Below are positions 48,101 to 62,074 of a stretch of 64,000 nt of DNA, one piece after another. Both the position numbers and the translations under genes were made by a program. The stretch is from Raja brachyura (lineage: Eukaryota): NCBI GenBank assembly GCA_963514005.1, contig OY740783.1, positions 112,344,001 through 112,408,000 of the forward strand, in the 5' to 3' direction. Every line of letters begins with the position of its first letter. Positions within the stretch are counted from its first letter, which is position 1. Under the pieces are notes generated by a model. The model did not search any database, was not told the origin of the DNA, and saw only the letters and a list, made by a program, of their open reading frames with translations.

Positions 48101-51100
48101 TTTTTTTTACTTCTGATTACTAAACGATCTGTATGTGATTGAGTTTTTGGTTCTGTGAAGCGTGCAAGGTAACCCTTGATTTTCTCTTTAAACGTGGAAA
48201 TTAAATATAATTAAAGGGAAGGAAAGCTTTTAAATAAAATCATCCTTTCAATTGTAAGTCTTGACTTGATAATCAACGTAGTATGATCTGCATCGATCAG
48301 TTATTAAATGCTAGATTGAATGTCGTGTTCATCTGCAGGTATATTGTAAAGATGTGGGTATTTCCTTTACACAGTTAGCTTTTTGAATTTATAAGTGCAT
48401 GGTACAGGTGAAATTATGTCAACATTGTGCTATTAGTGGTTTGGGATGGAGAACCACCTGTGGTGGCACAAAGCAGCAGGTACCTGGGCAACAGGAGACT
48501 GTACATGTAAATGACCCAGGCTGTGCAAGTGATAGGCCCACATTCCTCAGCAGATTTACATTTCATTTGACATTGCTGGATTTATTTCCCCTTTTTCATG
48601 GATAAGGTACCAGAATACCCGGCGCTAATCCTTTTTTTTATTATTTCTTTACTTGTAAAAGTGTCTGAATTTTTCAAAGAGCAAGGTCTGCCTCGGGACA
48701 CTGATAACCCCTTAAAGAACAGCTGCAGTGGCAGAGCTTTGGGAAGGCAAGCACTGGGAAGCTTTTTGATCTGTGACAGGTCGAGACTGACCAGAGTCTC
48801 CCAAGCTGGCTCTCTCCTACTCCTGCTACTGATAGACTTCTGCTGCGACTGCACTCTGCCATTCTTTTGTGGTGTTTTTCTCATCAGAAAGGTAGTCTGG
48901 TTTTAATCTATGCATTGCCGCACTTTCCCCCCGATTAACCAAGCTTTAAAGTAACACGCTTTTGATTGTATTGCGCATGTACTAAGCACAGATTTCTGAA
49001 TTTGTCAAAATAACTTAAAATCAATTAACTTCCAAAGAGTTAGAAAGGTGACTCTGCAATACTGGAGAATCCAAATGCTGAACACAAGGTTTGCCACTGT
49101 GACCTGGTGGCAAAAGGATCTTGAAACTCCTGAAATTAATGGCATTTAAAGGAAGGACTGAAATACCAGTCAGCTCTGACCATCTATGCTTCTCTCTTGT
49201 TAGTTGATGAGCAGAAAATATGATTTAAAGCAGCATGGAATAAACTTGCTTTTACATGAGAAAGTGCCATCTGTGCTCTCTGAAACGAGTGCAGAATCAT
49301 GATTAAACATATGCATTAACAAATCAATAAAAAGTGCCAGAAAGGCTAATTTTGGTTATTTTTGAACGTGGCTGTACGGGGAGAAAGTGAATCCGAAATT
49401 AACAGAAAATCATTCTGGCAATGTATTTTGTTAACCTGAAAACCCCACTGTGGCAAAGTCACACTGGCGTGTCTTGCATTCAGTCTTAATGTCATTGATC
49501 TTTTTTCTTACAAGGGTGGATTTCCAATTCTGAAGTTCACAATTATTTTACATCGTGCCTTCAATTCAAGACCTGTGGGCCAATATGTTTTACCAGCAAT
49601 CAAACAGCATTTTCTCCAAGATTTCTGGGCATAATAGCAGTGTGGTACCATGGTTCAGATTATTTTTTTAATTAGAGCTGCAAATTATATTTTGACTCCC
49701 ACTCAATATTTTAGGGACACTAATGGAAATACAGCATTATTATTAAGTTTAAATGGGGCAGTAATAGGAGATTAATGTTGGTCACTATTCTTCAATTAAC
49801 CTTTTCAAGCTGGTCTGCCCGTTGTTTGTGCATGTTTGAAGGAGTTGACACATTACCATGCCCCTCTTGATTAACACTTGGAGAAGTAGCTTTGCAGCAG
49901 AACATTGCTGCAGACTCCCACTCTGGAGTAAGGAGTCAGGAAGTAACTTTGGTGACTAATGAGTTGCTGAATAAGACATCTGGTAACCGTACAGTTTAGT
50001 TGTGTCATTGTCGAGGCCAGAGATTATTTGGACTGTTTGTGATGTTAAGAATTTATTCACTCGGGTCATTGTGACACAGTGGGGCAATTCAAGCAAACGA
50101 AGGCTGTACACATTGTACACTGATAACAGGCTGGTGAGATGGAACTAAACACGGAACAGAAAAAAATCTTTTTGACCTTTTGGCTTAATGAGGGAGCAAA
50201 GAAAACTAGTCAAGTATGCTTAGACTTCATCTTATCAGTGTGTGATTGAGGCAATCTCCCCACAGCCCACCCCAGCTGTCCCCCACAATTCTACTGCCTA
50301 TGATTGAAATTATTTTTGTTTCAAACAGATAATTGACCCAAGGGAAAGCTGCTATTAACTCTGTTCTCAAAGGCATTCTGGGTTTATAATGACACTTTTT
50401 TGTGCATTTATTTTATAATTAATCATCCGTTTTATTGGATATTTTATCTTGTTCATTTGCACTGTCTGGTATAAAAGGATGGGTGTGAATTACTCCTCTC
50501 CCCACTGTCAGCCTCTGAATTGCCAGATAGAAGTGTGACCCTCTGAGATGGTTGTTCACCTCAGGAGGTATGACTGAGGCTGGTTATTAATCATAACATG
50601 AGATGACTAAACCCACTCTGTGCCACAGCTCCCCAATTACACCCTCAACAGAATTTCATTGCGAACCTCTCCAGAGAAGTAGAGAAACACAGTGAATCAT
50701 TGAAACATCCCTTGGTTCAAAGCGTTTGAAGACTAAGCTAGATGGTGCATTCTGGATACATTTGGGCTGTTCTGGGAGCTGAAATGCATCATCTCAGCCA
50801 CAGGAAATGGGCTTATTATAGAGATGTCCTTGGATTTCTACATTTGTTCAATACCTGCTTTTTAACGTTCAGCTGTTAAATTCTGTACAGAATCACTTTT
50901 GCAATGGGAAATAAGTATTTCCTTGAAGCCAGCGATGTTCTTGTAGAAACCATGTGCTTAAAAGTACAAGCAGTCACAATAATCTATTTTATTGGGAGAG
51001 ACAAAGGTACTCTGGCCCTGTGCCTGTTTAGCAGTTTATCATATTGCCCAAGACATACATGCTTACATACAATGTAAAGTAGGATTTAAATCTTTTGACC

Positions 51101-51814
51101 TGGCAATTAATAAAATTTCATTTTAATATACCTTGTTTTTCCCTAACGCGTCTGATTATCAAATGCCATTCTGTTACTTCAGTTCAATGGGGTTCAAACA
51201 CAGCAAATGTAAAGGAGGAGTGCTGAGATAGGGATGCTCTGCAGTAAAAGAGGCAGAAATGTCCTTGGCCTTTCCCAGCAGCTGAGCTTTCCTTACTGTG
51301 CCACCAGCTCCCTTCATCTGCATGCACCAACCTTGTTTTCATTATTTTCCAAAATTGCATGAGCACACTAGTTTGTAGATTAAGTGAAATTGTGAGTTTT
51401 CAACCAACACTGATTTGTAAATTAAATTAAATTGTGAGTTTTCAACCATCATGGTGCAGCAATGAGGGTCACTCTTAAGATGTGGCCTTCTTGCATTATT
51501 CTTCATGTGGTTCATCAGGAGAGCAATGGGTTTGAGTTTTCATGCTTCACACATTGATACCTTGCTGCCTACTGCCTAATCAATCCAACCGAAACTTCTG
51601 TTTTAACCTCTCCAGCATTTCCTTTTACAGCTAATTTACTAGCATTCCCAGTTTAAAAAAAAATGGGATCAGGATGTTCTGAACTACAATATATTTGAGG
51701 TGCAAATATGGTCACAGATGTAATACAAGGAATTGCATACAGCAAGATCACGCAACTAATAATGTGATTGGTTTTATGTTATAGAATGAGAGTTAAATAA
51801 AGATCAGAATACTA

Positions 51815-52025
51815 TGGGCAGACTGCCCTGCTCTTCTGTTAATTATGGCAGGAATCATTGATGTCCATTAGATAAGGCAAATCATCTGACATGTTGTCTG
51901 AAATCTCATTGTAAAGAAGGAAGCTTTGATAGTGCAGTGCTTCCTCAGGTGGATTTGGCACACAAGTCTTGTTGTGGACCCTGAGCTCATAACTTTATGA
52001 CCTCGAGCAACCAACTGAATCATGG
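51815..52025 (-). mobile_element. Deu-domain SINE remnant in the bnc2 intron
   Basis: CCCTGCTCTTC..., ATCTCAT..AAAGA..TGATAGTGCAGTGCTTCCTCAG, antisense to the Deu core. Confidence 0.5.
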
Positions 52026-53159
52026 CAGGCATTTTAATTGCATTGCCTTTTTAACAAAGAAAAACATTTTAAATTTCATTGAGTATTTTATTTTTAATGC
52101 TGCTGACCACATTGGCCCCCAATCAACATGAGTTAACACAGATACTTCCATTAGTTACTTGAGCTAAGGTCCAGTAAACAAATTCGGGTGCTGGGCTAAT
52201 GGGTCTGTGTGCAAAGGATGTAGGGTAGCAGCTGCAGCTCATTCATCTCCTGGCTAAATCCATAACATTCAGTTTACCCAAAGTTCTGCTGCCCAAGTAC
52301 CAGTTCCCCGATCGCACTACATCCCGTTTGTCCTCAGCAACTACCCATTGTCTCTGCACTTGCAGATCCACGTTGGCTTCCTCTGACCATCCACCTCATC
52401 TCAGTTAAAGGTTTGTTCCCTTGTTCTTAAATACATCAGTATTCTCACCTGACCCTGGCTTCACCAGCTCCCCCAATCCCACCATTCTCCATCATCTCTG
52501 CACGTCTCCAGTTCTGGAAATTCATTCATTGGCAAAAATAAATGGTGCGATTAATGAAAACGTGTGTTCTTGGCACTAATGAACTGCCCAAATACACCAA
52601 CTGGAATAATCTCTCTGTGGAACAATATAAAATGGATCATCTTAATCTCATTCGCTCATAAATTTTCTTCATTTTTCAATTTAATTTCTGTTGTCCTGTA
52701 TTGAGGTAAAATGGCTGCTCCCAGTTCCTGCCAATATACTCTGACATTTCAATATGGAACATTTGAAAACCTGGGATTTACCGTCAACTCTTACTGCCCT
52801 GGCTGGATTCCACCCAGCTATCACGGTTGATTAAGGCAACCAGAAGGATTCCATTTTTGAAATTTCTATTGAATCACCCCCATTTAATCTAAACAATGCA
52901 ATTTTCGCCAGCTCATCTGTATAAAGAAGAGTTTCCAAGTCTCGCAGTGTAAAACTGTGTCCCCTTGTAATGGATTGTGATTATCATCATTGCAAACAGT
53001 CCTTTCAATCTTCCAACTCATGGGAGTGCAGGCTTTTTCGATGCAACCTGCTCTTGAGGTTGAACATCTTGACCTCTGGTGTCTTTCTGGTAAGGCAAGT
53101 ATATATACCTTGTCTGCAAAAAGAAATACAATTTTAATGGTGATAGGATCTACCTGGCT

Positions 53160-54345
53160 AAAATCATACAGCACGTAAACAGGCCCTTCGGCTCAACGTG
53201 CCGATGTTGACCATGATTCAATGATACTTTATTGTCACATGTACCTAGGTACAGTGAAATGCTTTGTGTTGCATACAACCCAATAAAGTTGTATAGCAGA
53301 CCTCACCTAGGCAGTACACAAGTGTTCCCACGATTTGATGCTGACAAAGTTCACAAAACAGTCCTATGTGCAGCATGCAGCTGCACCTGGCAGCAGCCTT
53401 CCTCCCCCCTCCTTGCTAGGTCCATTCTTGGTGATGGGGGATCCATCTACACTTGTCTTACCTACCTGCATTTGGCCCATATCTCTCCAAGCCTTTCCTA
53501 TCTATGCACCTGTCCAAATGTCTTTTAAATGTAGTTATAGTAACTGCCTCCTCTGGCAGCTCATTCCATTTACCCACCACCCTCTGTGTGAAAGAGTTGC
53601 CCGTCAGATCCTAATAAATCTTTCCCCACTCACCTTAAACCTATCTTTTCTGGTACTTTATTCCCCTACACTGCCTAAAAGACTGTTCATGCACCCAATC
53701 AATTTCCCCCTTGACCTTGTACACCTCTATAAGATTACCTCTCTTCCATCCTTTCTCTGGGAATACAGTCCTAGTTTCCCTGTAGCGCAGCCTATCAAGT
53801 CCTGGCAATATCCTTGTAAATATTCTCTGCACTCTTTCCAACTTAACAATCCTTTCTATAGTACGGGCACCAAATCTTAACACAATACTCCAAATTCGGT
53901 CTCGTCAACATCTTGGCCAACAGTAACATAACATTCCAACTTCTGAAGAAGGGTCCTCAACCCAAAAGATTATCCATCCTCTTTCTCCAGAGATGCTGCC
54001 AAACCCGCTGAGTTACTCTATACACGGTACCCTGACTGATGAAGACCAATGTACTGAAAGCCTTCTTGACCATCGTGTATATACCTGTGACACCACTTTC
54101 GAGGAACCACGTATATGCACTCCAAGATCCCCCTGCTCTACAACATTCCCCAGGAACCCGCAATTCTCTGTGAAGGTCCTACCATGGTTTGACTTCTCAA
54201 AATGCAACACCTTGCACTTATCTGCATTAAACTCCATTAACCATTCTGCAGTCCACTTACCCAACTGATAAAGATACGGCTGTAATTTTTGATAAGCATC
54301 TTCACTATCTACGATACCACCCACTTTAGATTATTCTGCAAAGTT
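53160..54345 (-). mobile_element. CR1 3' fragment with nested Rex-like (53215-53430) and Penelope (53943-54018) pieces
   Basis: GGIVDSED..WLMEFNADKCKVLHF and LERVQRIFTRILPGL. CR1 tail at 53160-53210. CTGAAGAAGGGTC..GAGTTACTC insert. Confidence 0.85.
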
Positions 54346-55088
54346 AAGAACTGGGGGAGGATTTGGCCTTGCCTGGTGGCAGGTGTTCACAGGGAGCAAT
54401 GAAGCTCACACACATCCAGGTATGAATCACCAATGATCCTATATAATGCAAGATCCCAGCCGTCATGAAACGTCTGTGTCTTGCACTTTGTGGCTAAATG
54501 CAGCATAACCTAAAACATTGCTGTTCAAAGTTATTCTATATTCATTAATAACCTGGGAGGAAGTTCATAGAACCATAGGCACTGCTCAAAAAAATATTTG
54601 TGTTTCAACCATTCCTGATTATTGAGGTGTAAAGGCTTCATGGACAAAATGTGACCTGATGATCTTTAAATCTTGCTGCTGCTTCCTCCATTTGCTCATG
54701 TCATGTATAGGCAGCGAGCAAGAAGACCATAACTGGCAGAGTATAGATCATGGACAAAATTCAGTTGTTTAAAAAAAAAAGTTTTATTATTGGTGTTAAA
54801 GTAATTCTCCCATTCCTATTCCCTGTTATAACTTCAGTAAAACTGCAGCTGTCTGCATTTTGTAACATAACATATCCATTGCACTATCAGTGTGAATTGT
54901 TATAATAAAGGTAAAAATAAAATATAATGAAGGTAAAAGGTTGAAAATGTTTCAAGAAACTACATTCAGGAGTTATGAATCCCCCCTTGTTAAGTGTCTG
55001 ACTCCAGTATCAAGTGACACTAAGTATGGGACACCTCTCTGCACAAACTCTGGGATTGTTCCTTCCTGAAATTGTGTTTTTGGCATAA

Positions 55089-55318
55089 TTCCAGGGTTAT
55101 GTCCGTGCCCGGGTGGTGTTAAACAGGGACTACGCGCTGTCCAGGGGCACCCTAGGGGATTTCCGGGACCGCTTGGCACCGCGGTGGGGTTGAATGCCTC
55201 CTTGAGAAGGATTGTAAGATAGTTGTATAATAGTTTATCGTTATATTCTGTTTTGTTTCTTACTGTACCGTGTACATTATTTTAATGTTTGAATAAATAT
55301 TTTGGATTTAAATAAAAG
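55089..55318 (+). mobile_element. Tx1-like (L1 clade) 3' end
   Basis: FQGYVRARVVLNRDYALSRGTLGDFRDR resembles the Tx1 ORF2 C-terminus. Followed by a T-rich UTR, AATAAA and an A-rich tail. Confidence 0.65.
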
Positions 55319-57221
55319 GAATAAAGACCTGTTCAGCTCTTGAGCCACCAATGAAAGTTATATTAGTTATCCCAGCCTGTTGTGAATATACCAATGGCGT
55401 TAATAGGTCCTGGCTTATTAGTGCTGGGTGACAATGTCACTTTACAAGAAAGTACTGCAGTCCTGTCCTTTCAATTTGGCTGGCTTGGAGCAATGACATG
55501 CAGTATTTTACGCCCTGCCCTCTATTATAACTGTGGATATAGGTTGAGGCATCATCACCAGGGTTTATCAAGGAAGGGTGCTGAAAAGCTCTTGTGGCTT
55601 TCAATGCCCTCTGGGGATGCGACGTCAAGAGGAGGTGTTAATGCCATGGCTGATTTAATAGTTTGACACTGAATGTCACCACCCCTCCTGTCAGCAGTTA
55701 ATCAGGGGACATTACCAACATTCCTTCCCTCATTAGTTGACATTGCCCACAAGCTTTCTGCAGCGTGCAGCACGCCAGTGTCGTCTGCTGGCTGTGATCT
55801 TCAGATCCTCCCAGATCCTTCTAACAACTAAATCGAGGGGGGAATCATTTTAATCTTCAGCCACATAATGTTGTTTTCTCTTCCTAAAGTCCCACTGACT
55901 CTTTGTTTCCTTGGTTAAATTGGCACAATGCTGGATACACAAAAAGGCATGTGTGATGGTATCTAAAGTGATCTGACACCTCCCCTTCCTCAAGTTTAAT
56001 GCTAAGACAGCTGCGACTTGCTGATTTTAGATACATTCCAGCCGGGATTTAGGGAGTTATCTTTCCAGTGACGGATGCAGTTTCAGTAGCTATTAATTTC
56101 AGAGAAGTAGAATTTTTAACCTATGGTTTCTGGCCCATGATCTTTTCTCACTAAAATAAATACCTGATAAACTGGTCAGTTTGGTTTGACTAAATGTGCT
56201 GGTAAAATCTGCCTTCATTACTGTATCTCTTTTGTGGGATGACAGTATCTGACTTTGAGGGTGATGTTACAGGAGCTTTACATGATTCAGAATTAGATGA
56301 ACAGATGGAACCCCATCCCATCCCCATTAGGTTGATCTCGTGCACTGGCAAACATCAAGGCTCAAAGCCCAGCTCACTTGATAATGATACTGCAAGTAAT
56401 GTTTACAGGGAATATCACAGCTCAAGAAGAGGCCATTCACCCCATTATGCCTGAGCTAGCTCTTTGAAGGAGCAATCCGCTTATTATCACCTGCTAGTCT
56501 TTGCCATGCTACTGCAATTCTCTTTTTTGTGAATTTATGAAATTCACCTTGTAGCTGCCGTTTCAATCAGCATGTTTTGAAATGCAACTAAATGTTGAAT
56601 ATCTTTTTCTAAATATTATCTTTTCTCATGCTTTATTATCTTGCATATGTTCCCTTTGTTACTAACCCTCCTGGCAGTAGGTGCAGTTTTTATTTTATTA
56701 GTACTTTGATTTTGAACACAAATCAAATGTCTTTAACCTTTCTTGCTGTGGAGAAGACCAGCCAGACATCTCCAGCCTTGCACATTACTGATACCTTTCA
56801 TCCCTGGTGCCACTTTAGTGAATATACTAAATCTGTATACTAATACACTGAATCTTTTCAATATTTTAATATTTAAACTAAGACAGTGAGGTCCTGAATG
56901 GAACATAACACTCCATCCATGGACTAAACAGATTCATGGCAATTTATTTTAATTTCTAAGGTGACTTTCCAAAAGCTTTCCCAACCTGTCCAACCACACT
57001 CACATATTTCTTTACACAATCCCTAGATTGGTTTCCTGAACTACTTTAAAATTGTACCGATTTAATTAATAAACAATTAAGATGTGTCATAAACCCTGTA
57101 ATCTTTATTGTCCAGTTGCCCACAGATCAGCTTCTTGAGATCGCAGACGATGAGCTCTGATGGTAGCCATGATGGCTCATTCCTTGCTCACCTCTGAACT
57201 AACTGGCATCGATTCAAAGGG

Positions 57222-57560
57222 TGTGGAAACAGACCGTTCAGTCCTACTTGCCCACACCAGCCAACGTGTCCCATCCACACTAGTCCCACCTGCCTGAATT
57301 TGGCCCATATCTCTCTAAACGTGTCCTATCCATGTACTTGTCTAAATGTTTATTTAACGTTGGGATAGTACCTGATTCAACTACCTCCTCTGGCAGCTCC
57401 ATCCATACACCTACCACCCTTTGTGTGAAAATGTTACCCCACAGATTCCTATTAAATCTTTCCCTAAGCACCTTAAACCTCTCTCCTCTGGTTCTCTATC
57501 CTCCCCACTCTTGGCAAGAGACTCTGTGTGTCCAACTGATCTTTCCTGATGATTTTATAC
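57222..57560 (-). mobile_element. CR1 3' fragment
   Basis: ERFNRNLWGNIFTQRVVGVWMELPEEVV and CR1 tail. Confidence 0.8.
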
Positions 57561-58559
57561 ACTGAGGCAGAAGGATTCATCAGAGCATTCATGGCTCTTT
57601 GTATTCTGTCCCTCCCAGCGCTGCTTTATCAGGTAGTGCCTTAGAATATATGAGCCAATAACTGATTTGTTCATAAAGAAGCTAGCCATATTTTGAGAGA
57701 GATGTATGGGTAGTATTTGTGGGAGATGAGAAGAAGATTCTATGATGCAACCTAGTCCATGTTTTTGTCGAACCCTTGGATGTTTAATATTCCACTCCAT
57801 CCATGTAGGTTTCAATCTTTGAAATTCCAGCTGGTTGACCATGGTTCGCTTGGGTTTGTTTTTATATCATAAAGGTGCAGGCCTTGTGCATGATGGAAGT
57901 GCCTGTCTGAAGGACTCTCCAATTAGCTCCACTCCCTTGCTCTTTCTCTGTGGCTCTGAAAAATAAAAAAAAATAGATATTTCAAATTGAAAGATTGCAT
58001 TCTATGATCAAAAATTGTCCTTTAAGTCTTTGGGAAAAAAACCCTGATGTGATGGCATTTAAAACATCAGTTACACTTCAGTGATGTTTTCCTAAATAAA
58101 GAGAGAAAAGACTGCTGTTCCAATTTGCAATTCTCCCTTTGCAAACTCGCCAGGTTGGGATTTAACCATGAATTGAACTGCTTGACAAAAATAACATTAG
58201 TGGTTCAGAAGTTTCTGCACTTCGCCCTTTTCCTTACACTTGCAACTTAGTCCACCTGATTCAGAGCCTTCAGTGACTGCTTCTTAACAGGTCGTTGCCT
58301 GCCTTGTGAAACCTTACTACCCCCCCCCCCCCCCCCTTAATGATCAACACTGAATTAGTCTCAATACTGAGAGTAATAGCTGAAATCAATAGTGATATGC
58401 CCTTATCTGAGATTCTGGTAAGATACTGTTTAATTCAGTAGATGGGACGATAAGTTAGTCTACATAAACATTTTAAAAATACATCAACATTAGCGTGAAG
58501 CAAAGGGGGGGGGGGAACTATTCAGCTTTTATTTGCAGAATTGTTTTTGCAATCTTTGT

Positions 58560-58596
58560 ATGTGTGTGGTGTGCCCTCGCATGTGCACGCAAGTAG

Positions 58597-58636
<40 letters not shown>

Positions 58637-58817
58637 CCCCCCCCCCCTCCTCTTTCTCTGCCAAATGCTTGTCACTGCAGAGGTGGACCAGTGGTGAGGG
58701 GGGAGGGATGGAAGGGGTGGGGGAGGGAGACTGCTAAAATCGTGTCACGTAGCACTAATTCATCTGCACTCATTAGAGTGAGCTGGGGACAGCAGTGATG
58801 GCCAAGAGCTCCACTCT
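58560..58817. promoter_or_regulatory. Promoter-like element with (CT)n, C-run and a G-quadruplex motif next to a gap
   Basis: GGGGGGAGGGATGGAAGGGGTGGGGGAGGG at 58698-58727 and a Pax-like GTCACGTAGCAC. CpG-rich DNA follows the gap. Confidence 0.35.
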
Positions 58818-58989
58818 NNNNNNNNNNNNNNNNNNNNNNNNNNNNNNNNNNNNNNNNNNNNNNNNNNNNNNNNNNNNNNNNNNNNNNNNNNNNNNNNNNN
58901 NNNNNNNNNNNNNNNNNNNNNNNNNNNNNNNNNNNNNNNNNNNNNNNNNNNNNNNNNNNNNNNNNNNNNNNNNNNNNNNNNNNNNNNNN
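58818..58989. other. Assembly gap (172 N)
   Basis: Run of N. Confidence 1.
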
Positions 58990-60317
58990 TTGAAGGACCC
59001 AGGGTATTATGTGTCATTGACAAGTCACAACTGTACCTCACAGCTTTAACCCTTTAGGTGGCACGGGAGAGGATTAACTTTACAGGCACCGCGATTGACA
59101 AGAATAGCGAATTCCCATTTGGGAAAACCTTCAGTCGGGACAGCCAGGAATAGTGCGACGTGGGCGGGACTTGAATCAATGCTGGACGTGGTTGTTTTCT
59201 GTGTAACATGAAAAACCTTTCTGCTTATTATTGCTAGAGAGGATTAGTCGGACCTGAGATTGTCGTCGGGATTGACGTGACATTCCTCGCATCACTGGGT
59301 GGTGGGACGGGGGTTACTTTTAATCCCACATTTGTAGTTTAATTCTCAATGGTTAAATGTCTATTATGACTTTACACTTGTAACGATTTTTACATTTTTA
59401 AATGTCCATATAATTTCTCTATTTCCACCTCGTCCACATACCTTGACAAAGAAAATATAGTTACATTGATACGGAAATTTAATTCCGCCTCCACCAATGA
59501 ATGAGGTGTACAGAAAAAGAGCATAAACCTTTCAATAATGGGATTAAAGTAAAACTGATTTTATAATGTCTCAATGATAAAACTTACAAAGCCTTGATCA
59601 ATCAATCGCCCTCGTCAGTTGCAAGGTATTTGTTTATATATCAATAATGATATAATGATATTTACTCGGATAGGATCCACACTATAAAAACAATTGAATT
59701 CATCGCGGAACACTGTGCGGGAGAACGGTGCAGCAATGCACTAACATGTGGAATATTGTGGTCAATTGGCACCACAAGTGCCTCTTGTAATTTTCTCGGT
59801 GCGCGGTGCCGTATATTGGTCCACCCTTTGGCTAAAGGGTTGGGTTGAAGTGTAGAGCCGTGGGAGAGTTTTATGCAAGGCCGCTGATACGGACGTTTTG
59901 CACGCACTGACAATTCACGTGAACATTGTGTGTTGACGCGCTCGCAGCTCAGAAATCAAGGCCAAACACTCCCCGCTGATCCCAGAGCAAGAAAGTTGGC
60001 ACTTCACCGGCAATATAAACGGGTGGTTGATAATTGCGAGTAGTGAATGTGTATTTACGGTGAACAGCACTTTGAGGTGAGCGCACAAAAGCTGAAACCA
60101 CGCGAGAAATCTATTGCCATCTTCAAGTCAACGAGATGGAGTTTGGAGCCGGGTGGGTGTCATTTGTTTGAGCCCAGGCCGCAGCACGGGGCTAGGCTCA
60201 ATTCTACAGGGGGTAGTGGCGGCAGGAGGCTGGACTTCCAGAAGTCAAACCAGGTATCTCCGTTTCATTCGAAGTATCAAGGTAGGCAGATGTCCACCAC
60301 CGACCAGTCAGACTCTC

Positions 60318-60416
60318 AGTCAGAAGAAAGGTCTCGACCCGAAACGTCACCTATTCCTTTTCTCCAGAGATTCTATCTGTCCCGCTGAGTTACTCCAGCA
60401 TTTTGTGTCTACCTTC
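60318..60416 (+). mobile_element. Penelope-derived short element with mutated hammerhead core (CAGAAGA)
   Basis: CAGTCAGAAGAAAGGTCTCGACCCGAAACGTCACC...CCAGCATTTTGTGTCTACCTTC. Confidence 0.8.
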
Positions 60417-61732
60417 TGTGCCAGTGAAAGCGCCGCTCAGTGGAACCTGACCAGGGAGCCGCCACCGGCGGTTTGCTCCTCTTGACTAACCAACTGCGCA
60501 CAACCCATCCTTGAAAGAATCCAAACCTGCAGATGGAGCTGGAATTCTGCAATAAAAAAACACAAAGATAATGGATCTGAAAAAGCGAGCTCCAGCTCTG
60601 CGGGCGCTGCCTGGCCCGCTGGGAATTGCCAGCATTTTCTTTATTGCCATTCTCAGGATTATTCTCTGGGCGAGGTTGGCTTTGAGAAAGTACGGCCGCG
60701 GATGGAACTCTTTAGTTGTACCCTTTCCGTCTGCTCAGTTTGAAGGTGGAGGGATGGGATACCATGGTTGGTGGGAGGCGATGGCAGTGTGAAACCCAGC
60801 GGGAATGTGGCAGAATGCCCCACACGCAACCTGCCGCTGCTCCGCTCCAGCCACACGTGCAACAGCAGGAGGCTTCGACGCAACCGTGTATTCAGCTTGG
60901 CCTCTTCGCGAGAAACTGCAGTGTTGGTTTTGAAGATGGTAATAGATAAGGACATATGTATGATAAAAAAACGAGGTTAATTGATTGATGAAAGGCAGGA
61001 ACAACTCGGAGAAAATATGTCCAACACTGGCAAAGAGCGATACAGAACAGCAATAGGAAATATTTAAAACGGTGATTAGAATGCAAGAAATATATTCCTC
61101 TGAAAGTATGAGATTCCATGAATAAATAAAGACAAGGGACCAATTGAGGGTGTTGAAAGAGACAAACATTAACCAGCGGTGAAGAATAGGATTTGAGGGG
61201 ATTAGATGCAAAACGCATTAAGAAGGGAAAGGGGAACTGGGATTAAATGAACAGGGGACATAAAAGAAAATGGTAAAATACAACAGGGAATATATTCAAT
61301 CAACGAATCAAACTCCGAGCTAAGACCCATACTCCAGACAAATTGTACCCACGCACTTTTGCAGATAGTTAATAATCGGCGAGAAAAAAAGTGCAGAGGA
61401 TAAGTAAATGTAAAACGTTTCAGGTAAAACGTAAAAAGTTCTAGTAAAACGTATAGGGGGGAGGGGGGTAGAACGTGGTCTTTACACCTTGGAAGGAAAA
61501 AAGTAACGGAACACTATTAAAGGGTAAACAAGACAACATATCGAAATTAAAAGTCCAATAACGATTCGGCAGTGTGGATTTCAGCATGAAATATCTTGCT
61601 GGAGAAGCCTTTCTTGGCTTTTCGACGTGGAACAGAAAGACTAGACAATGCCGAAGTAAAATTTAAAAATATGACTAGTTAGTCCTCCCAAAAGACAAAC
61701 AAAGAAGGAAGCAGAGGGTTTGAATAAAAGGT

Positions 61733-61839
61733 AGGCACAAAAATGCTTCATCTCCTCTCATGCGGGACAGGCAGCATCTCTGGAGAGAAGGAATGGGCGA
61801 CATTTCGCGTCGAGACCCTTCTTCAGACCTTCAGAATTG
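61733..61839 (-). mobile_element. Penelope-derived short element with 11-bp TSD
   Basis: ...GGGCGACATTTCGCGTCGAGACCCTTCTTCAGAC, flanked by GAATAAAAGGT (61722-61732, 61840-61850). Confidence 0.75.
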
Positions 61840-62074
61840 GAATAAAAGGTGGCTACTCCCAATGATAGCAGGTGGATAGTGCAGATCCAGAATGTCGTTG
61901 TTGAGACCATTGCCCTTCTCACTTACATGAACAAATCAGACTCTTAATCCAGAGCACAATTTATACATTTATGAATATTGTTAAATTGGCAATAGGGGGG
62001 GAGGGTCCCAAGTTACACGAATGCATGAATCACCTTCGACAATATGAAAATCAGTAACAACTGAAGTACAAACC

